A stretch of 63,988 nucleotides of DNA, counting the filler, from Conidiobolus incongruus B7586 (Eukaryota): NCBI GenBank assembly GCA_000697335.1. It is 6 parts of 6 records of this genome, joined end to end, with 100 filler letters (N's around TTAATTAATTAA, not from the genome) between each part and the next. Parts side by side here need not be neighbours in the genome. Positions count along the whole stretch, not along the records: positions 28,419 to 47,519 come from JNEM01000081.1; positions 47,620 to 61,191 come from JNEM01000082.1; 4 more parts are not named here. One strand, 5' to 3'. Each line of letters begins with the position of its first letter. Within the stretch, counting starts at the first letter, position 1. This document shows, piece after piece, positions 39,125-53,330 of the stretch. The position numbers and the translations under genes are program-made. The notes below the pieces were generated by a model. That model worked only from the letters and a program-made list of their open reading frames with translations. It was not told where the DNA came from and ran no database searches.

Positions 39125-39197
39125 TGCTCCCTGTCGGGTTCGAACCGACGACCTCGAGATTATGAGACTCACGCGCTGCCAACTGCGCCAAAGAAGC
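39125..39197 (-). tRNA. tRNA-Met (CAT), probably elongator, intronless
   Basis: Sequence GCTTCTTTGGCGCAGTTGGCAGCGCGTGAGTCTCATAATCTCGAGGTCGTCGGTTCGAACCCGACAGGGAGCA. Full cloverleaf, anticodon loop CTCATAA, TTCGA T-loop, G1-C72 pair, and an oligo-T run just downstream. Confidence 0.96.
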
Positions 39198-40810
39198 TTG
39201 CTACTAAACTTCCCTTCATCATTTAACTTTTCAAATACCTATTTTCCATTTCAGGATATTTCAAATTATATTTTAATATCCATTAACTACTCATTTTTCG
39301 CATACTTTTACTAAGTCTTTATTTATATTGAATATTTACAAATATCATTCTTTTACGTTTTTATTAGTATTTTTGACTTTTATTTTTTAATTTAAATAAA
39401 ATCTCCCTAATCTTTAAATATAATATATTTACTTAATATTTATTCTTGTCAAATATTAACAAATTCGCAACTTATTTTAGTGCAACATTCGACTACATAA
39501 AAATGAAGTAGAACAAAATCATATTCATATAGTAAATATATCTATGAAAAATTTAAGGTATATATTTTTTAAACATGGATTGATTATTATTATTATTAAC
39601 TTATCATTAGTAATAGTTCAGAACTATTTTCAAATTCACTAATTTTAATATAATTTTTAAAATAAATTTTTTAGTACAAAATTTACTTATATTACATCAT
39701 CATAAAAAATTCAAATAATTGAAAAAAAATTATTGAACTTTTAAAAAAAATACATATTATATAATAGCAAAATTTAGTCAATTATATAAATGAATATACC
39801 TTAATTAATATTTTATTATACCGATCCATCATAATATTAATATATAAATTCATAAGGTATACTATAGGTGATCAATTATTAAAAAATTGATCGATACTAA
39901 AGTTTTAAAATATTGTAATAAAATGTAAATAAAAAATTATAAAATTTAAAGTTAACCACTTAATATTGAAGTAAGATAATAAACTCCTAATAAAAATTTC
40001 GATAATATAAAATAATAAATATATTCATATTTATACCAAAAGATGATTGATAATTATTACAATGAACAACTATTTAACTTCTATATCCAATTCATTAAAC
40101 GTGATTAGTACTCAACAATCCAAAGAGATCTCCGATTTTAATACCATGTATACTATTAATTAATCTAGAAATCATATGATCTTATATTTATTTATATCAA
40201 TTTATGAAAAAAAACAATATCATTATTTCATGATTAAATAGTATCATTTTATTAAGTTATTTTGAATTCTTTACACAAAATTAAAGAAGCATTTATAATG
40301 TGATTTAATAAATTATTCAAATCAATGGTATATTATGTTAAATGATCATAGAGCATAATTAACAATATCTAAAATACTTGATCTTCTAATAATACGAAAA
40401 TTTTTAAAACTAAAAATTTAACAAATGAATAATTTGTGTTACATGCAAAAGTTATTCAAAATTAGTTTAATATGATTATAAAATATTCTAATATGTAAAA
40501 TATATAATTTAGAATTTTTTATAGTTTTTAAATAGATTATATTTAAATTTTAAGAATAATTTTATTTTCTATAAATATATTGAAATTAGAATAATTTTAA
40601 TATTTGAATTTGTCCTAAATTCATTAATTTAATATATCAAATATTAAATAATTTATTCACATATCCACTATTCAAATTAATAAATTTGAATGGATTTGGA
40701 TTTTGGAGGAAATATCTATATATAGAAATTATTAAGAAATTTCAAATACTATTTGATTAAAATAGTTAGTAAGTTGATCATCATATAAATTAATCATAGA
40801 TAATATGTTG

Positions 40811-40837
40811 AATAATAATAATAATAATAATAATAAT
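40811..40837. repeat. (AAT)9 microsatellite
   Basis: Directly visible. Confidence 0.9.
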
Positions 40838-41846
40838 TGAATAAAACATATATTATTCCCTTAATATTTATTATAATAAAATTTCTATATAATTTATATT
40901 AATACCAAACTAAATTTTTATACTATTTAATCATAATTTAAAACAACTCCATAATAAAAATCTCCAAAAATAGATACTTTCAAATAAGATAATCATTTTA
41001 TAAATTTATGAGAAAAAATGTTATAGCTAATTAATAAATAAATGAAAAATCTATTGAGAATTATTTTTATCAGTTATGTTAAATATATTTTATATTAAAA
41101 CCCCTGAATCATAATAAAATAAAAAAATTAAAAAAATATTAAATTCTATGATTTAATATAATATTATATTATATCAAGTAATTTAGTGTAGAAAAATGAT
41201 AAATTTAATAGGATGAAAATATTGAGGTTTTGAGTTGTGAACGTTTAATATGATGATTGCATCCATTCAATTAGTGATTAATTGGCACTTGATAATATCG
41301 AAAAAATACAGGTTCTAAGTTGATTGCATGGGAATCGTATTGAGTTGGGTGGGTCTAAACTACTCTTGTTGCAATTAGTGAAAACATGTGGTGAATCTGA
41401 TGTTTATATTACGTCGTTGGGGTGAAATGGGTCAACTTCGCTAAAGTAGCAAGGATATTGAGAGCTCCATCAATTTTGGATTGCGATGAGAGCTAGATAT
41501 TAGCAAACAAGTGGGACGAGTCCGTTGACCATTACCGGATGCGTCAAAGGACTCGACGTTATCCTGTCAAATTTGAATTAACATCTGAATACACCACCTT
41601 TCCATCAATAATCGATATCAGTAAGAGATGAATAATACATGGAAAAAATATATTGTGACGAATGCATGCGAATAAAATATGGTAATGGTAGATATTACAG
41701 GATTTGCGAAGATCGATGTTGTCGCAGTTATGTCTATAAAAAATCGTGATATTCTGAAAAGTGAGTCGGCTTATAATTGTTAGCAATGATGTGTTGTACA
41801 ATAGAAAACGAAAAATTCGAGTAAGGAGCGTGATACCAAGAAAAAA

Positions 41847-42908
41847 TTACGCCGTCTCTTCCCAAATAATTATAAAATTTTGTATGAGTTTGGTGAGGTT
41901 TTCACAGTGGTCAATAAGGCAGGGAACATCCTCTATAGTTAAGTCAAATGTGACGGTGTTAGCAAGATCGGATGCGCCACCCTCTGGAGTTGCATTTTGG
42001 TGCCTAAGTAATATAGTCTGTAGGAAATGCCTCGACGGCGTTTTAGTAGTTGGCGTCGTAGGGTGGTTAGAGGTGAGTGATTGCTTTTGGAGTGTGCTCA
42101 TCTCGCCGGCGAGTTCTACGAGCGCCTCTGCTTGAGCTATCCTCTCCGTAAATTCTGCGTATCTTGGGTCATTTTCAACTTTTGTTGAGTTTTGAGTTTG
42201 AATTTCTTTAGCTTTAGCTAAAAGTTTTTGTAAATCTATAATAATAAAATTATTAATAAAAACAAATTGAAAAAAAAACTCTAATAAAAATTTTAAAATA
42301 AAAATATTAAGCTTGTGGTAAAATATATCTATGATAAAAAAGTAAGGTAGAAACATAAAATATATTTAAAATACAAAACTGATAAAAACTAATAAGTAAA
42401 TAAATAAATAAAAATAAGACGATTTTAAAATAATAGAAAAGAGGAAAAATTAAAAAAAGTATAATAAAATGAAGTACTGTAAAAAGGTATAAAAATTACC
42501 TTTTGACTTCTGCGATAAGTCTCTAATATTGTACAAGTCGACACAGATGTTATGAGAACGAGATTGGATATTCTTTGGTACCGGAATACCGTCATCGGCA
42601 TAATCTAATACAAAATCATTATCCCAATTTTCACTCGGTCTTCCTAAGTTAAATAAAATAATTTGTCGTCAGTTAAGGCTAAAAAATTGATAAAAATTTG
42701 AATAATTACTAGGTCGTCTTATATGAGCTGGTATAACTCTAGGTTTTCTTGCTCCAGAAAAGTTCAAAGGTGATAGACCACCATATTTAGGATTTGAAGG
42801 GGTTGCAGAAGTTGGAGATAAAGGGGGATTCCAGTCGTCGTCGCAAGCGTCCATACTGTGTTGAAAGGACTCGGGCGCTGAACTGATACGGTACTGACTA
42901 ATAGCCAT
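41847..42908 (-). CDS. Hypothetical protein, 3 exons, about 243 aa, with ENWDNDF motif and helical C-terminus
   Basis: Exons 42908-42710, 42643-42500 and 42235-41847 join in frame via two phase-1 GT-AG introns. Exons are GC-richer than the introns. This model merges the ORF-track fragments 42669-42923 and 41847-42356. Confidence 0.8.
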
Positions 42909-44810
42909 AAACACTGAAGGCAATTAGTAATATAATAAAGATAAAAAAGAAGTTTAAAAAGTTAGAAATATATAACGGAAGGGCAGCTTGTGAAAGTTTT
43001 AATAAAGACAGCGATTTTCTCTAATCAATTACAATTAAATTTAGGATAAAATGAAATTAAAGAGAAAAAGAAACAAAGACCAAAATCATAAGAATGTAAA
43101 CAATTTAATGTTCACAATTGAAATTAACCAAAATATCACCAATTAATTTAGTGCCAAAAGGTCCCCCAAACCCATTAATTTATATGCTTCCCCTCGATTT
43201 CCAAATCATATTATGGGCAAACTTTCCCCCATAAACTACGCAACCTGGAGTTTTTCGCGCTAGAATTACTGGGTTTCACCATTCCTAATCCAAGTCAACT
43301 GACTATTTGGAATGAGATTTTGATTTGGGAACTTTTATTTCATCTTTTTCCAAATTAAATTAGATTGATATCACTTTACCCAACCAAAAAAATACCTGTA
43401 ATAATCAACAATATGCTCAGTCTATTACATCCGTACTGTGTAATTTAATTAGAGTGTCTTCCATTCCATCTCTCTGTACTACTTGAATTTCTTTAAAACT
43501 TAGTGGTTCTAAAAATATTGGTAATTAAATTTGAAACAATTCAATTACTCATATTATTTGTTTACTTTTAATGAATTAGCCAATCTGGCTTCCTGATTGG
43601 CTTGACTCCAACCTTTGTTCAAACTTAATACCAAAGGGAGAGGGGGAAAATTTATGTTAACATCCCATCTTTAGTACAGCCAATCATAACCTTAAAAAAT
43701 CATTTGAACCAATCAAAATTACAGAAATATGAAATAACCAAAATAAACAAAGCAGCAAACTTATGATTTTAAGTTAAATAAAAAAGAATAATAACTGCGA
43801 TCACTCACACCCATATGAAAAGTATATAAACCAATAAAATATCAGTCCTGTTCAGTGTTTAATAATCTTTAGCATTAGACATATTAAAGCAATTAAGCTT
43901 AACCAACTGTTACTAAAATTGAATTACCACATTAATACCTTGATTATTTTTTAAATTAAATTGTTTAAATGAAAAAAAAGAATTGTTAAACACACAAAAT
44001 TATGTTTTTAATTGAAACAATTCTCATATTAATTAAATTTTCATTTTTATTCTATTTAATAATGCTTTAATTCATCCAAATATTTTTTTTATTGTGTCAC
44101 ATATTTTTTTTATTTTTTTTAATAAATATTATAGTTATTTTAAATTGCTTTTTATTCTTAATAATTAATTGATCTAATAATAATTCTAATAATTTTAATA
44201 ATTAATCAATTTAATATAAGCCACATTGAATTATTAAGTCATAAAATGGTACTATATTAGAGAATAAACCAAATAAGAATATAATCATATAGCTTATCAA
44301 ACTTGAAAAAACTTGGTGAATTGAATTCTTGATAAAATTTAAAAAATGTGTTGGTTAAGGAATTACCAATCAATTCATCAGGTTATCATCTGAGGAATTT
44401 TTAATGGATCACGTTGGGTCATCTTCTGAATACTACAGTGTTTTTACGCACATTATCAAGATGCAATTAAAGTCATCACATTATTTAAATATTAATGTCA
44501 TCAAATTAAATTTCGAATAGTTCTTTTTCCATATAATATTGGACATATTTATCTACAAATTTGACAATTCGAGTTCTAAATCTAGAATATTGATTTATAC
44601 TTATTGAAAACATTTAAAGTAATATTTTAATTTAATTTTGATTTATTTAAATATTTTATTTTTTAGTTAATTTTTTTTTCAATTTTATCATTTTTAAGTT
44701 TTTTTTAAAATTGAACTCATACATTATCTGAAGTCATGTGGAAAAATCTCTAACGTAACCAGTATTAAGTTTGATAAAATAAATTATTTATCACAGTTTT
44801 TTATTATTAG

Positions 44811-44811
<1 letters not shown>

Positions 44812-44852
<41 letters not shown>
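44812..44852. repeat. (TTA)n microsatellite, about 13 units
   Basis: Directly visible. Confidence 0.9.
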
Positions 44853-47519
44853 TCAGATTATATCATCATCAAATAAGCCCATTCTTGGCATTAAAAGTGA
44901 TATAATATAAGTGATATTAATATATATTTCCACATTATAATGATGATATAATTATTCATCATTTTAATCAATATTACGATCTTTGAATAATAATTCAAAT
45001 TGCCCAAAAAAATATTAATTTGGATAGATAATTGATGAATAATTTTAACCAATTAAAATTAAAAGGTTTAAAAAGTTTAATATAAAATATATCTTAATTA
45101 ATCATTTAATTGGATGATAATAATTTCAAATAATAAATAATAATATCTTGGATTTATCACTATTGCGAATGAATTAGGTAATTTTTATATTCTTTTTGAT
45201 ATACTGAGTTGATAATTTACTAATTTTTCAACTCTAGGGTTGGCTTAAATCAGAGATTTCAATGTTGATTTAGAACTACATATAATTACTAAGAATTAAT
45301 TTCAAGTTAATAGTAATTTTGTCCAAGGTTCAGTATTTGTAAATTTGCAGTTTTGAACTCAAAAAAATCAATCAAAATTTATAAAAATTTGAATGACTTA
45401 ATTTAAATAATTCATTATTATTTATTAATTGTTAATTTTTAATCACTTTAACTTGGTTTCAACGATATTATTAGTCATCTATTTTATTATACAACAATAA
45501 TCATAATCAATGATTACAATCAAATATTTATTAATTAGATATTCCTCAACTAAATTAAATATCAATAATTAAATTGTTATGTGTAATTTATTATCAGGAC
45601 AAAAATAAATTAATTAAAAATAATAGTCAATTATTAATATATATCCTTAAAATTTGGAGAAGTAACTGTGATTGATTTTGTCTTAACTTTAATAGTCTAA
45701 GTATTTCAGTTATTTCATTCCAATTAAGAATCAAATTCATTTTTGTATATTAAATATTGACAGCTTAGCAAAGTCAAAATTATCATTCTATTCTCTGTAT
45801 TATTTAGTTGGAATTTTTGAAAGTTCAAAATTTTCCTCATTGGATCAAAGTGGCTAATTTATTTAAACCTCCAATGGACCAATTAGATCCAATTAAGATA
45901 GATTAGTTGATGATTGATTGGTGTTGACAGTATGAAAGTACTGAATACTTAGACGGAATAAAAAAAAGAATTGCAAATATAATATGTCTCCTTAATCTTT
46001 TCAATTGTGATTGACTAAAAGTACTTAGTCCATTTTTTTCAGGTGGTCTAATTTCCAAATACACAGCAAATTTGAAATTTGATTTATATTGATGAATTTC
46101 TTGATTTGGTTCTTTCAAATATCGCTTCTTTTTATATTCATTGTAAATAAAGTATTAAAATATTTTTGCCACTTTATTAATTTAATATGATGACATAATA
46201 TGCTTACACTTTGTGCCATAGTAAATATGAATATTAATTTTCAACTTCTTCGAAATATCCTAAGATTTCTACAATTACTTGTATTATATTTCATTGATTA
46301 TTACTATATCTTGGATAAGAAGCGATTCAAATATTGAAGCAAAATGCTATTTTCTTACTTGGTTGTAGCAAACAATAGACGACTTTAAAAATCTCAATTT
46401 GAATTGAAGCATTATTTTTCTATTGATGTGAGATCATCCAAACTATCAACTATAGGTCATCTGATCATTATCCACTCAATCGATTAGAAATGTTGGGGAA
46501 TTTTATTATTAGGTTTTGTCATCATTCATGAGCTATTTAAATCTAAGATTACCTCACATAAATATTTAATTGGTCTTAACTTTAATCTTAGCACCTAACG
46601 TTTGTTATTATCATATGAATCAATACTTATTGGGAGTAATTTTTTAAATTTCAAACTCTAAATCAGAGCAATTACACTACTAATGAAACAACATGAGATG
46701 TTGATAAATTTGGTTTGAGATTTCTATGATCAATCACAAAAGTCATTCGCATATACTGTATCAATCACTGAATGCTAACAATGATTATTGTATATTGGTA
46801 ATTCTACAATTCACCATTAATATGAGTAGATATGATAATTGAACAATTCATCGAATATTTTCCATAATTCCGTTATGTCAAACTTAAAGATAAACAAAAT
46901 TATAGCGAATTTTATTAAATAATTCCCTTGAGTAGTAATTAATCAAAAAAAAAATAAACTCTTTTAGTACAAATATCACAAGATTAGAAAATTTTTGGAA
47001 AATTAATAATCAAAACTTCCTCACTTTTTAAATTATTAAATTAATTGAAGGTAAATTCATCACACCCTTAATTATATAATTTACACCATTTTAATGATAT
47101 TTCCTTTTGATCTTTTAATTATTCTTTGCTATTTTTATATTAATTTTCATAATGATATTTCCTTTGTTGACTAACTTAAATTATTTTGCTTTTATTTAGA
47201 TTAATATGCGATATATAAATTTGTCAATAACAGATGAAAAAGTCTAGAATCAATCAAGAATTTATTAGCTTAAATAATTTTAGAAACCAATATTTACTAT
47301 ACTAACAATAGTTTAAAGCAATTGAAAATATCAAGCATATCAGATTACCTATAAAATTCAAAAAACTAAATTTGTAAATCAATTTCCTATATTAAAATTG
47401 AATTATATATAACTTAATTTTATTTATTATTAAATCAAAATTAAAAATTTTTAGCTTATTAATTAAATAAAAAGTATATATTATGTATTCAACACCATTA
47501 TATTAATTTATAATTATTA

Positions 47520-47619
47520 NNNNNNNNNNNNNNNNNNNNNNNNNNNNNNNNNNNNNNNNNNNNTTAATTAATTAANNNNNNNNNNNNNNNNNNNNNNNNN
47601 NNNNNNNNNNNNNNNNNNN
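47520..47619. other. Artificial contig linker
   Basis: 44N-TTAATTAATTAA-44N. Confidence 0.97.
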
Positions 47620-48050
47620 CTATTAAATATTAATAAAAATGATTTAATTTTTTAACTATTATTACTTTATAAATATATTATAATAATAAAACTTATAAGA
47701 TTTTTAAAAATTAATACTATTAATTAATATAAAAGAAGTTTAATTAATTTTATATAATAATAATAATAATAATAACAATAATATATAGTCAAAAATATTT
47801 AACTTTGCTTATTGAAAAGTATTGGTCTTTATTACTATATCCACTATAATCATTAAATATAAATCCTTATAATTATATATACTTTGGTGAGTATAAATTT
47901 GATTTTGGGAAAAAAATTAAATAATATTTGAATTTTAAATTTTAAAAATATAAAAGAATTTTTAAAAATAATTTATAAATGCTATATAAAAAATTAAGGA
48001 ATTAATAATAATATGGAATTCTGCTATTAAAATATAGAATTATTAATTAA
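47620..48050 (+). mobile_element. Degenerate mariner-type transposase fragment (C-terminal part)
   Basis: 47823-47888 translates WSLLLYPL*SLNINPYNYIYFG, a mostly transition-eroded form of the mariner motif W..LPHPPYSPD..P.DY..F. Boundaries approximate. Confidence 0.65.
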
Positions 48051-48869
48051 CAAAATGATTTTAATTTTATTTTAATTATTATTTATATTTTTAAAATAAA
48101 AATTTAAAATTAGTATATTTTTTAAATCACTGAATATTATAATCAATTTATTAAAATTCAATTTTTTTATAAATAACTTATATTTTATTAATACTGAGAA
48201 TATTATCAATATAATATGGATATTACACTTGTCTTTAAATTACTTTTAATATTTTTTATTTAAATTAAATGATTATATAAAAAAATCCAAAAATTCTATT
48301 AAATTTAAGATTTCACAAAATTTTATATCTTTTTTATAAAAGAGTGTTTTTACTAAATTATAATTTTTTTAAAGATTTGAATATATAAATTAATCTTAGA
48401 TAATTGGTGAATTTTAAATTGATTTTAATATTTATTAATATTGGATATGCTATACTTAATTGATATATTCATCGTTTATGATATATAACTATATTTCAAG
48501 TTATAAGGGCAATTGCTGTTTAATATAATTTTAATTTAATTTTGTTATTTTAATATTATATATTCATTGAATAAATATTAATAATAAGATATATTGCAAT
48601 ATTTCAATTAAATAAGTCAATTTGGAAATTATAAATAATCATAAATTTGATTTAATAAAAATAAATTTTAAGTACTTTTATATCAATATTATAAAAACAC
48701 TATAAAGGATAATAAGATATTTTGAGAATTGTAATACCAATTGAGTACTAATAATATCAATCTTTTCAGTAATGAATCAACTAATTTTTTTAAATAATAA
48801 TATATTATAAACACATAGTTATACCATAATTATTACTCTTTTATATATTATTCAAATACCTTGAATTAT

Positions 48870-50401
48870 CTGGTTTGGGTCTAATATTCCTGATATTCGG
48901 CAGATTATTATATTTAAGATCATTAATTCCTGAAATAGTATTGGTATCAAAGTTTCTGCTATTCTTTAAAGAAGTTAACAAAGTTAGAATATGGTCATTT
49001 TTGAAGTATAATGAATATCAGAGCTTTGGAACATGTATATAGAATTCATTTAAATTTGCGTGTTTGTTTATGAATTGCTCTATTAATAGATAATTGGTGA
49101 AGTGTACTCGAGTATATAATCCTTTCCTTTCAATAGATTTATGATATTCCTCTACAAATAAATTGAAATTATATCCAGAGTCATTAAAAATAATTTTGCT
49201 AACTTTGGAGAGTAATAGAGTAATGTATATCTTCAGAGACATTATCTCAATCTGAATAGAATTCATCTCAACATAAAGTTACGATGTTGAGAATATATAC
49301 TGTATCTTGTGGTATTGATCCTTGAACCTTGAGCTAAACCCTGCATACATTAACTTCTTAAATATAGAGGCTGTAAAAGCATTGGATCAGGATGTTTAGT
49401 AAGTACAATGAGAGAATCGAAACACATTTCGCATAGATTGGGACAGTGCTCAATAATATAAGGCATCAAGTATTTGTTGACGGGGGAGAGGCTAATCTTG
49501 GTCAATTTAGTCCATTTTGGAGAGTCTATATCGATTCATTCATTGAACAAATTTTTGGTTAAATTTGACCATTTATTATATTGCCATTCCAAACATCTTA
49601 TACCAGCAAAATTTGGATTTGAAATTTGTTGACTAGTTGATCTCTTAAAAACGATTGATGCTGTCGTTGGTTGTGAGAATAACTGCAAATCCATAGACTG
49701 AGATTCTCCAATTTGGAGCGAATGAGCCAAATATTAGGATTTGATGTGTACCAAGGACTCAAAAAATCCTCAAATTTGTTAAGAAATTCTAAGTTAAAAT
49801 TGAAATATTTTAATTAGCTCATATCTTTATAACTATCCAAAATTGAAATAATATAACGTAATTCCGTTTGCATAGTTAATATTACGAATCGAAGTTGAGG
49901 CAATATATAAACGATAGAGAATAAAGAGCGACTCAAAGAAAGTTTGAAATTTTCAAGATTTGAAAGCTGATCAATTAATTGCAAAATAGGATCCCAGTCG
50001 AGACGATAGTACTAATCACTAAATTCTTCAAGTTCCAAATTTCAAGATTTAATCATGTTAAAAGAGGCCAAAGCTAGTTTTAACTTATCTATTGTTTAGG
50101 GATTTTCTCTCCATTCTAGTCCATCTAATTGATTAATAGCCTCAATTGTCCTTTCACTACTCAAAAAATAATTGCTTAAATAGAGAAAATAAGATCGATA
50201 GTTTCTTAATATATAATCCAAGTTCCCTCTTTTATTTCCTTCAAGAGTCTTTAAAGTCAATCTATTAATCACTTTAAATCAATGCTTATTAATTAATTGG
50301 AAAGATAGTAAGCAATATCTGCTGGTATATTTTCCTATTTTTAATTTTATATCTCTTGGGAGATTGGCCCAAATTAAAAGCTGTAGATTCTCTTTCATCA
50401 T
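48870..50401 (-). pseudogene. F-box/LRR-like pseudogene, paralog of 58245-59804
   Basis: Starts MMKENLQLLIWANLPRDIKIKIGKYT...QLINKH*. Later remnants RLDWDPI, SPKWTKL, IIEHCPNLCEMCFDS and LNEFYIH are collinear with the intact gene. Many stops and frameshifts. Confidence 0.9.
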
Positions 50402-52559
50402 ATGCAAAGTAAGTAATGAAAATATAAGTTATACAAATGAAAGTATAAATGAATTGGACCTATATAACCTCAAAATTATCAAATTTCTTTCTAAAATTGC
50501 TATACCCTAAACTTTATATTGATTGACAAAATCATTTATGATTCTATTTTGGTACGCTATATCCTTATATCGTAATATCAACTATTAGTATGATAATTAA
50601 TTTTTTTGTTAAGGAATTATAATTTTGAAAAAATAATAATAAAAAAAATATTCAATAGTAAATAAATTCAAAAAGGATACTTTTATAATTTATGAAAAAA
50701 ATTAAAAAAATTAAATCGTTATATTAGGATTTAAATCCAAAAATTAAAATGTATTAAATTTAATACTTAAATACAGATTTTAATATTATCAAAAATGCTT
50801 TTTATATTATAGTATCATTGTTTAGAATTAGTTTTTGATATTATAAATAATAAAAAGTATATTTTGATTTTCGTTATTTCTTTCGAAAATATATTATTCA
50901 GAAGTTGGATACTAAATGGCGAATCATTTATTCAATATAATCATAAAAGTAACAATTAAATATTATTTTATTATTGAGGTAATATTTTATACAATATATT
51001 ATATCTTTATATGGTGTACAATGTATATATGTTAGCTAAAAGAAATTTTTAAAATTGCTATCATTTGTTCAATATTTGTATAGTATGATGCATTTTATAA
51101 TTTTGTTATTAGTAAATAATTATGGAATCATCATTAAAGGCTACTATATGAGTTAATTATAATATTTCATTAAAATTCTTATTCAAACAAAGATATACCA
51201 TTTATGATTTTAAAGCTAAAATCTACCAAAAACCATAGAATAATCTCTCACACCCAATAAATACAAAATAAAGAGCATGATTGTAAACAAAATATAGCAA
51301 AATTATATCTATCAGTTTAATAATTAGTAATTTAGTATTAGAGCTTTGAGATTAAACTGCTTCACTCACTATTTTGGAAATTATAACAATATGATATATG
51401 GGTTAGATGACAGATAAATCAACTTCACTTTAAAATCAAATTATTAATTAAAAATAATTATCCAAAATATTAATAATATTGATCAGTAAAAGACTTAAAA
51501 TGATAAATCTTCAATACAAATAACTGAGCTAAATAGATGGTTGTTTAAAAATCATTATCAAATAGAAGCCAAAGTTCAGTCGTCATATGATAATAACTAT
51601 AATATTCTAAATTAGACTATTCCCGTATCAAAAGATTAAATATAGAAAGGCTATCATTAATATTTAAAAGCACACAGCATATTAATCCAAAGTGAAGTAA
51701 AATAGATATTAATCTATAGCCGATATCCTCTCTTAAGGTCACATGCCAAATGATATTAAATATAATAGATTATGATAACTGCATTGCAATGTGTCAGACA
51801 AAGACAATAAAAAATCAAACTTTGAATTTTTAATTGTTTCAGATATACCCAATAGTGAATAAACACTATATACTTTACTTCAATGCCCCATTTTGCTAAT
51901 TTATTCTATATTTAAAGAGATATATCATTTAGCAAACTGATTCAAAAATCCAAAGAATGACGTAATATTTAATCAAACAACAAATTACTCAAATTTTATA
52001 CCAAAATTGACACCAATTTGAGAGCCAAAAAATATTATCAGATAAGAATGAGAAGAAAATGGTAATATGAATTATTTCCCAATATATACAAGTAGAATGA
52101 GAGGTATTTTAAAGTGTTCAGCTTCATATTTTTTTTCTCGTATATGATTTATACCATTTAAAATTAATGCTCTTATATAAAAAATTATTAAAAATAAGGA
52201 TTTAAAATAAATTAAAATTACTATTTAAATATGTTAATTAGTTAGTATAAAAAATAGAATAAATGACTAAGTATTTACCTCATTGAGATGAATATATTGA
52301 ATATTAAATGTATCAAATTTGTTATCATAATTGTATTATAATTTATAACCTTATATCCAATTTTAATTTAATTAATTTTGAGTTATTTAAAATTATCTCA
52401 ATATTAACATATAATTTGATACTAAAAAATTTAGCATTTTAATATCAGATAAGTTATATATAAAGAATTGCTAGATTATGTCATTTATAATGCTGTAAAA
52501 ACTTTAACAATACAACATGGTAAAATATTATATTTAAAGCCTTTGAGCCTAGTATGATT

Positions 52560-53330
52560 TGTCTTAAGTCAGGTTTACCCTTTAAAATATTCATTTTCAA
52601 ACAATGAGCATAGCTTATATTTTAGTCAATTTTAAAATTCATCTTATATTTCTTTATCTGTTATAACTCCAAATACATTACTCATCCCCCCAAGTTTGGA
52701 GCATAAAATTTTTGCTTCTTATGCTAATTAGAGTAACCAATGATATATTCAAAATTATTTTAGTTTGGAGCTTTTTAAAACATTTTTAATTCTATATTTT
52801 TGATATTTGAAAAGTTTGAATTGGAAGATAATTGTCAGTTATAGCGCAACAAGATTTACTCTATTCAATAAACGAATAATTTGTCAACCACTGAAGTGGT
52901 AAACTTAACCAAGCTAAAGCTCTAGTACTGATGAATACTTGATGATACATATTGTTTAGCATTGTACCAATTTAGTTGGAATCCAATTCGAGTCTCCATT
53001 GATCCTTCCTCATCATTCTAACCCTATGAGCTTACTGCACCTTCCAAGTCTAAGAGAATTATATTTTGAAGGTTGTAATATGCAACTCATTGAGCATTTT
53101 TCAATTATTCAATTATCTATTAACTATTTCCCAATGTCGTTGCTTTAAGATTAGTTCTTATTACATTTGATTTCAATGTTAACTTCATAAACTCATTTCA
53201 ATATCCCAATTTTTCTTCAATATCAAATTGCTAATAAATATTCAAATTTCCTATTGGTATAAAGAATAACAATACAAAGATAATTTTGGATCAGATGAAT
53301 CCCATTCAAATAACTTTCAAGACGATGTTA
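52560..53330 (+). pseudogene. Partial F-box/LRR-like pseudogene (central fragment)
   Basis: TDEYLMIHIV*HCTNLVGIQFESPLILPHHSNPMSLLHLPSLRELYFEG...LFPNVVAL matches VDEYLMTYIIEHCPNLCEMCFDSPMVRPNHPNPIDLPPLKSLRKLLFAG...LFPNVVTL. Boundaries approximate. Confidence 0.85.

Noticed and set aside
39102..39314. 70-aa plus-strand ORF
   Set aside because: Antisense to the tRNA-Met gene, so spurious.
41517..41555. 3' UTR hairpin as a SECIS element or H/ACA snoRNA
   Set aside because: The spacing of TGA, AA and GA is too short for a SECIS, the upstream gene has no in-frame TGA, and there is no terminal ACA box or pseudouridylation pocket.
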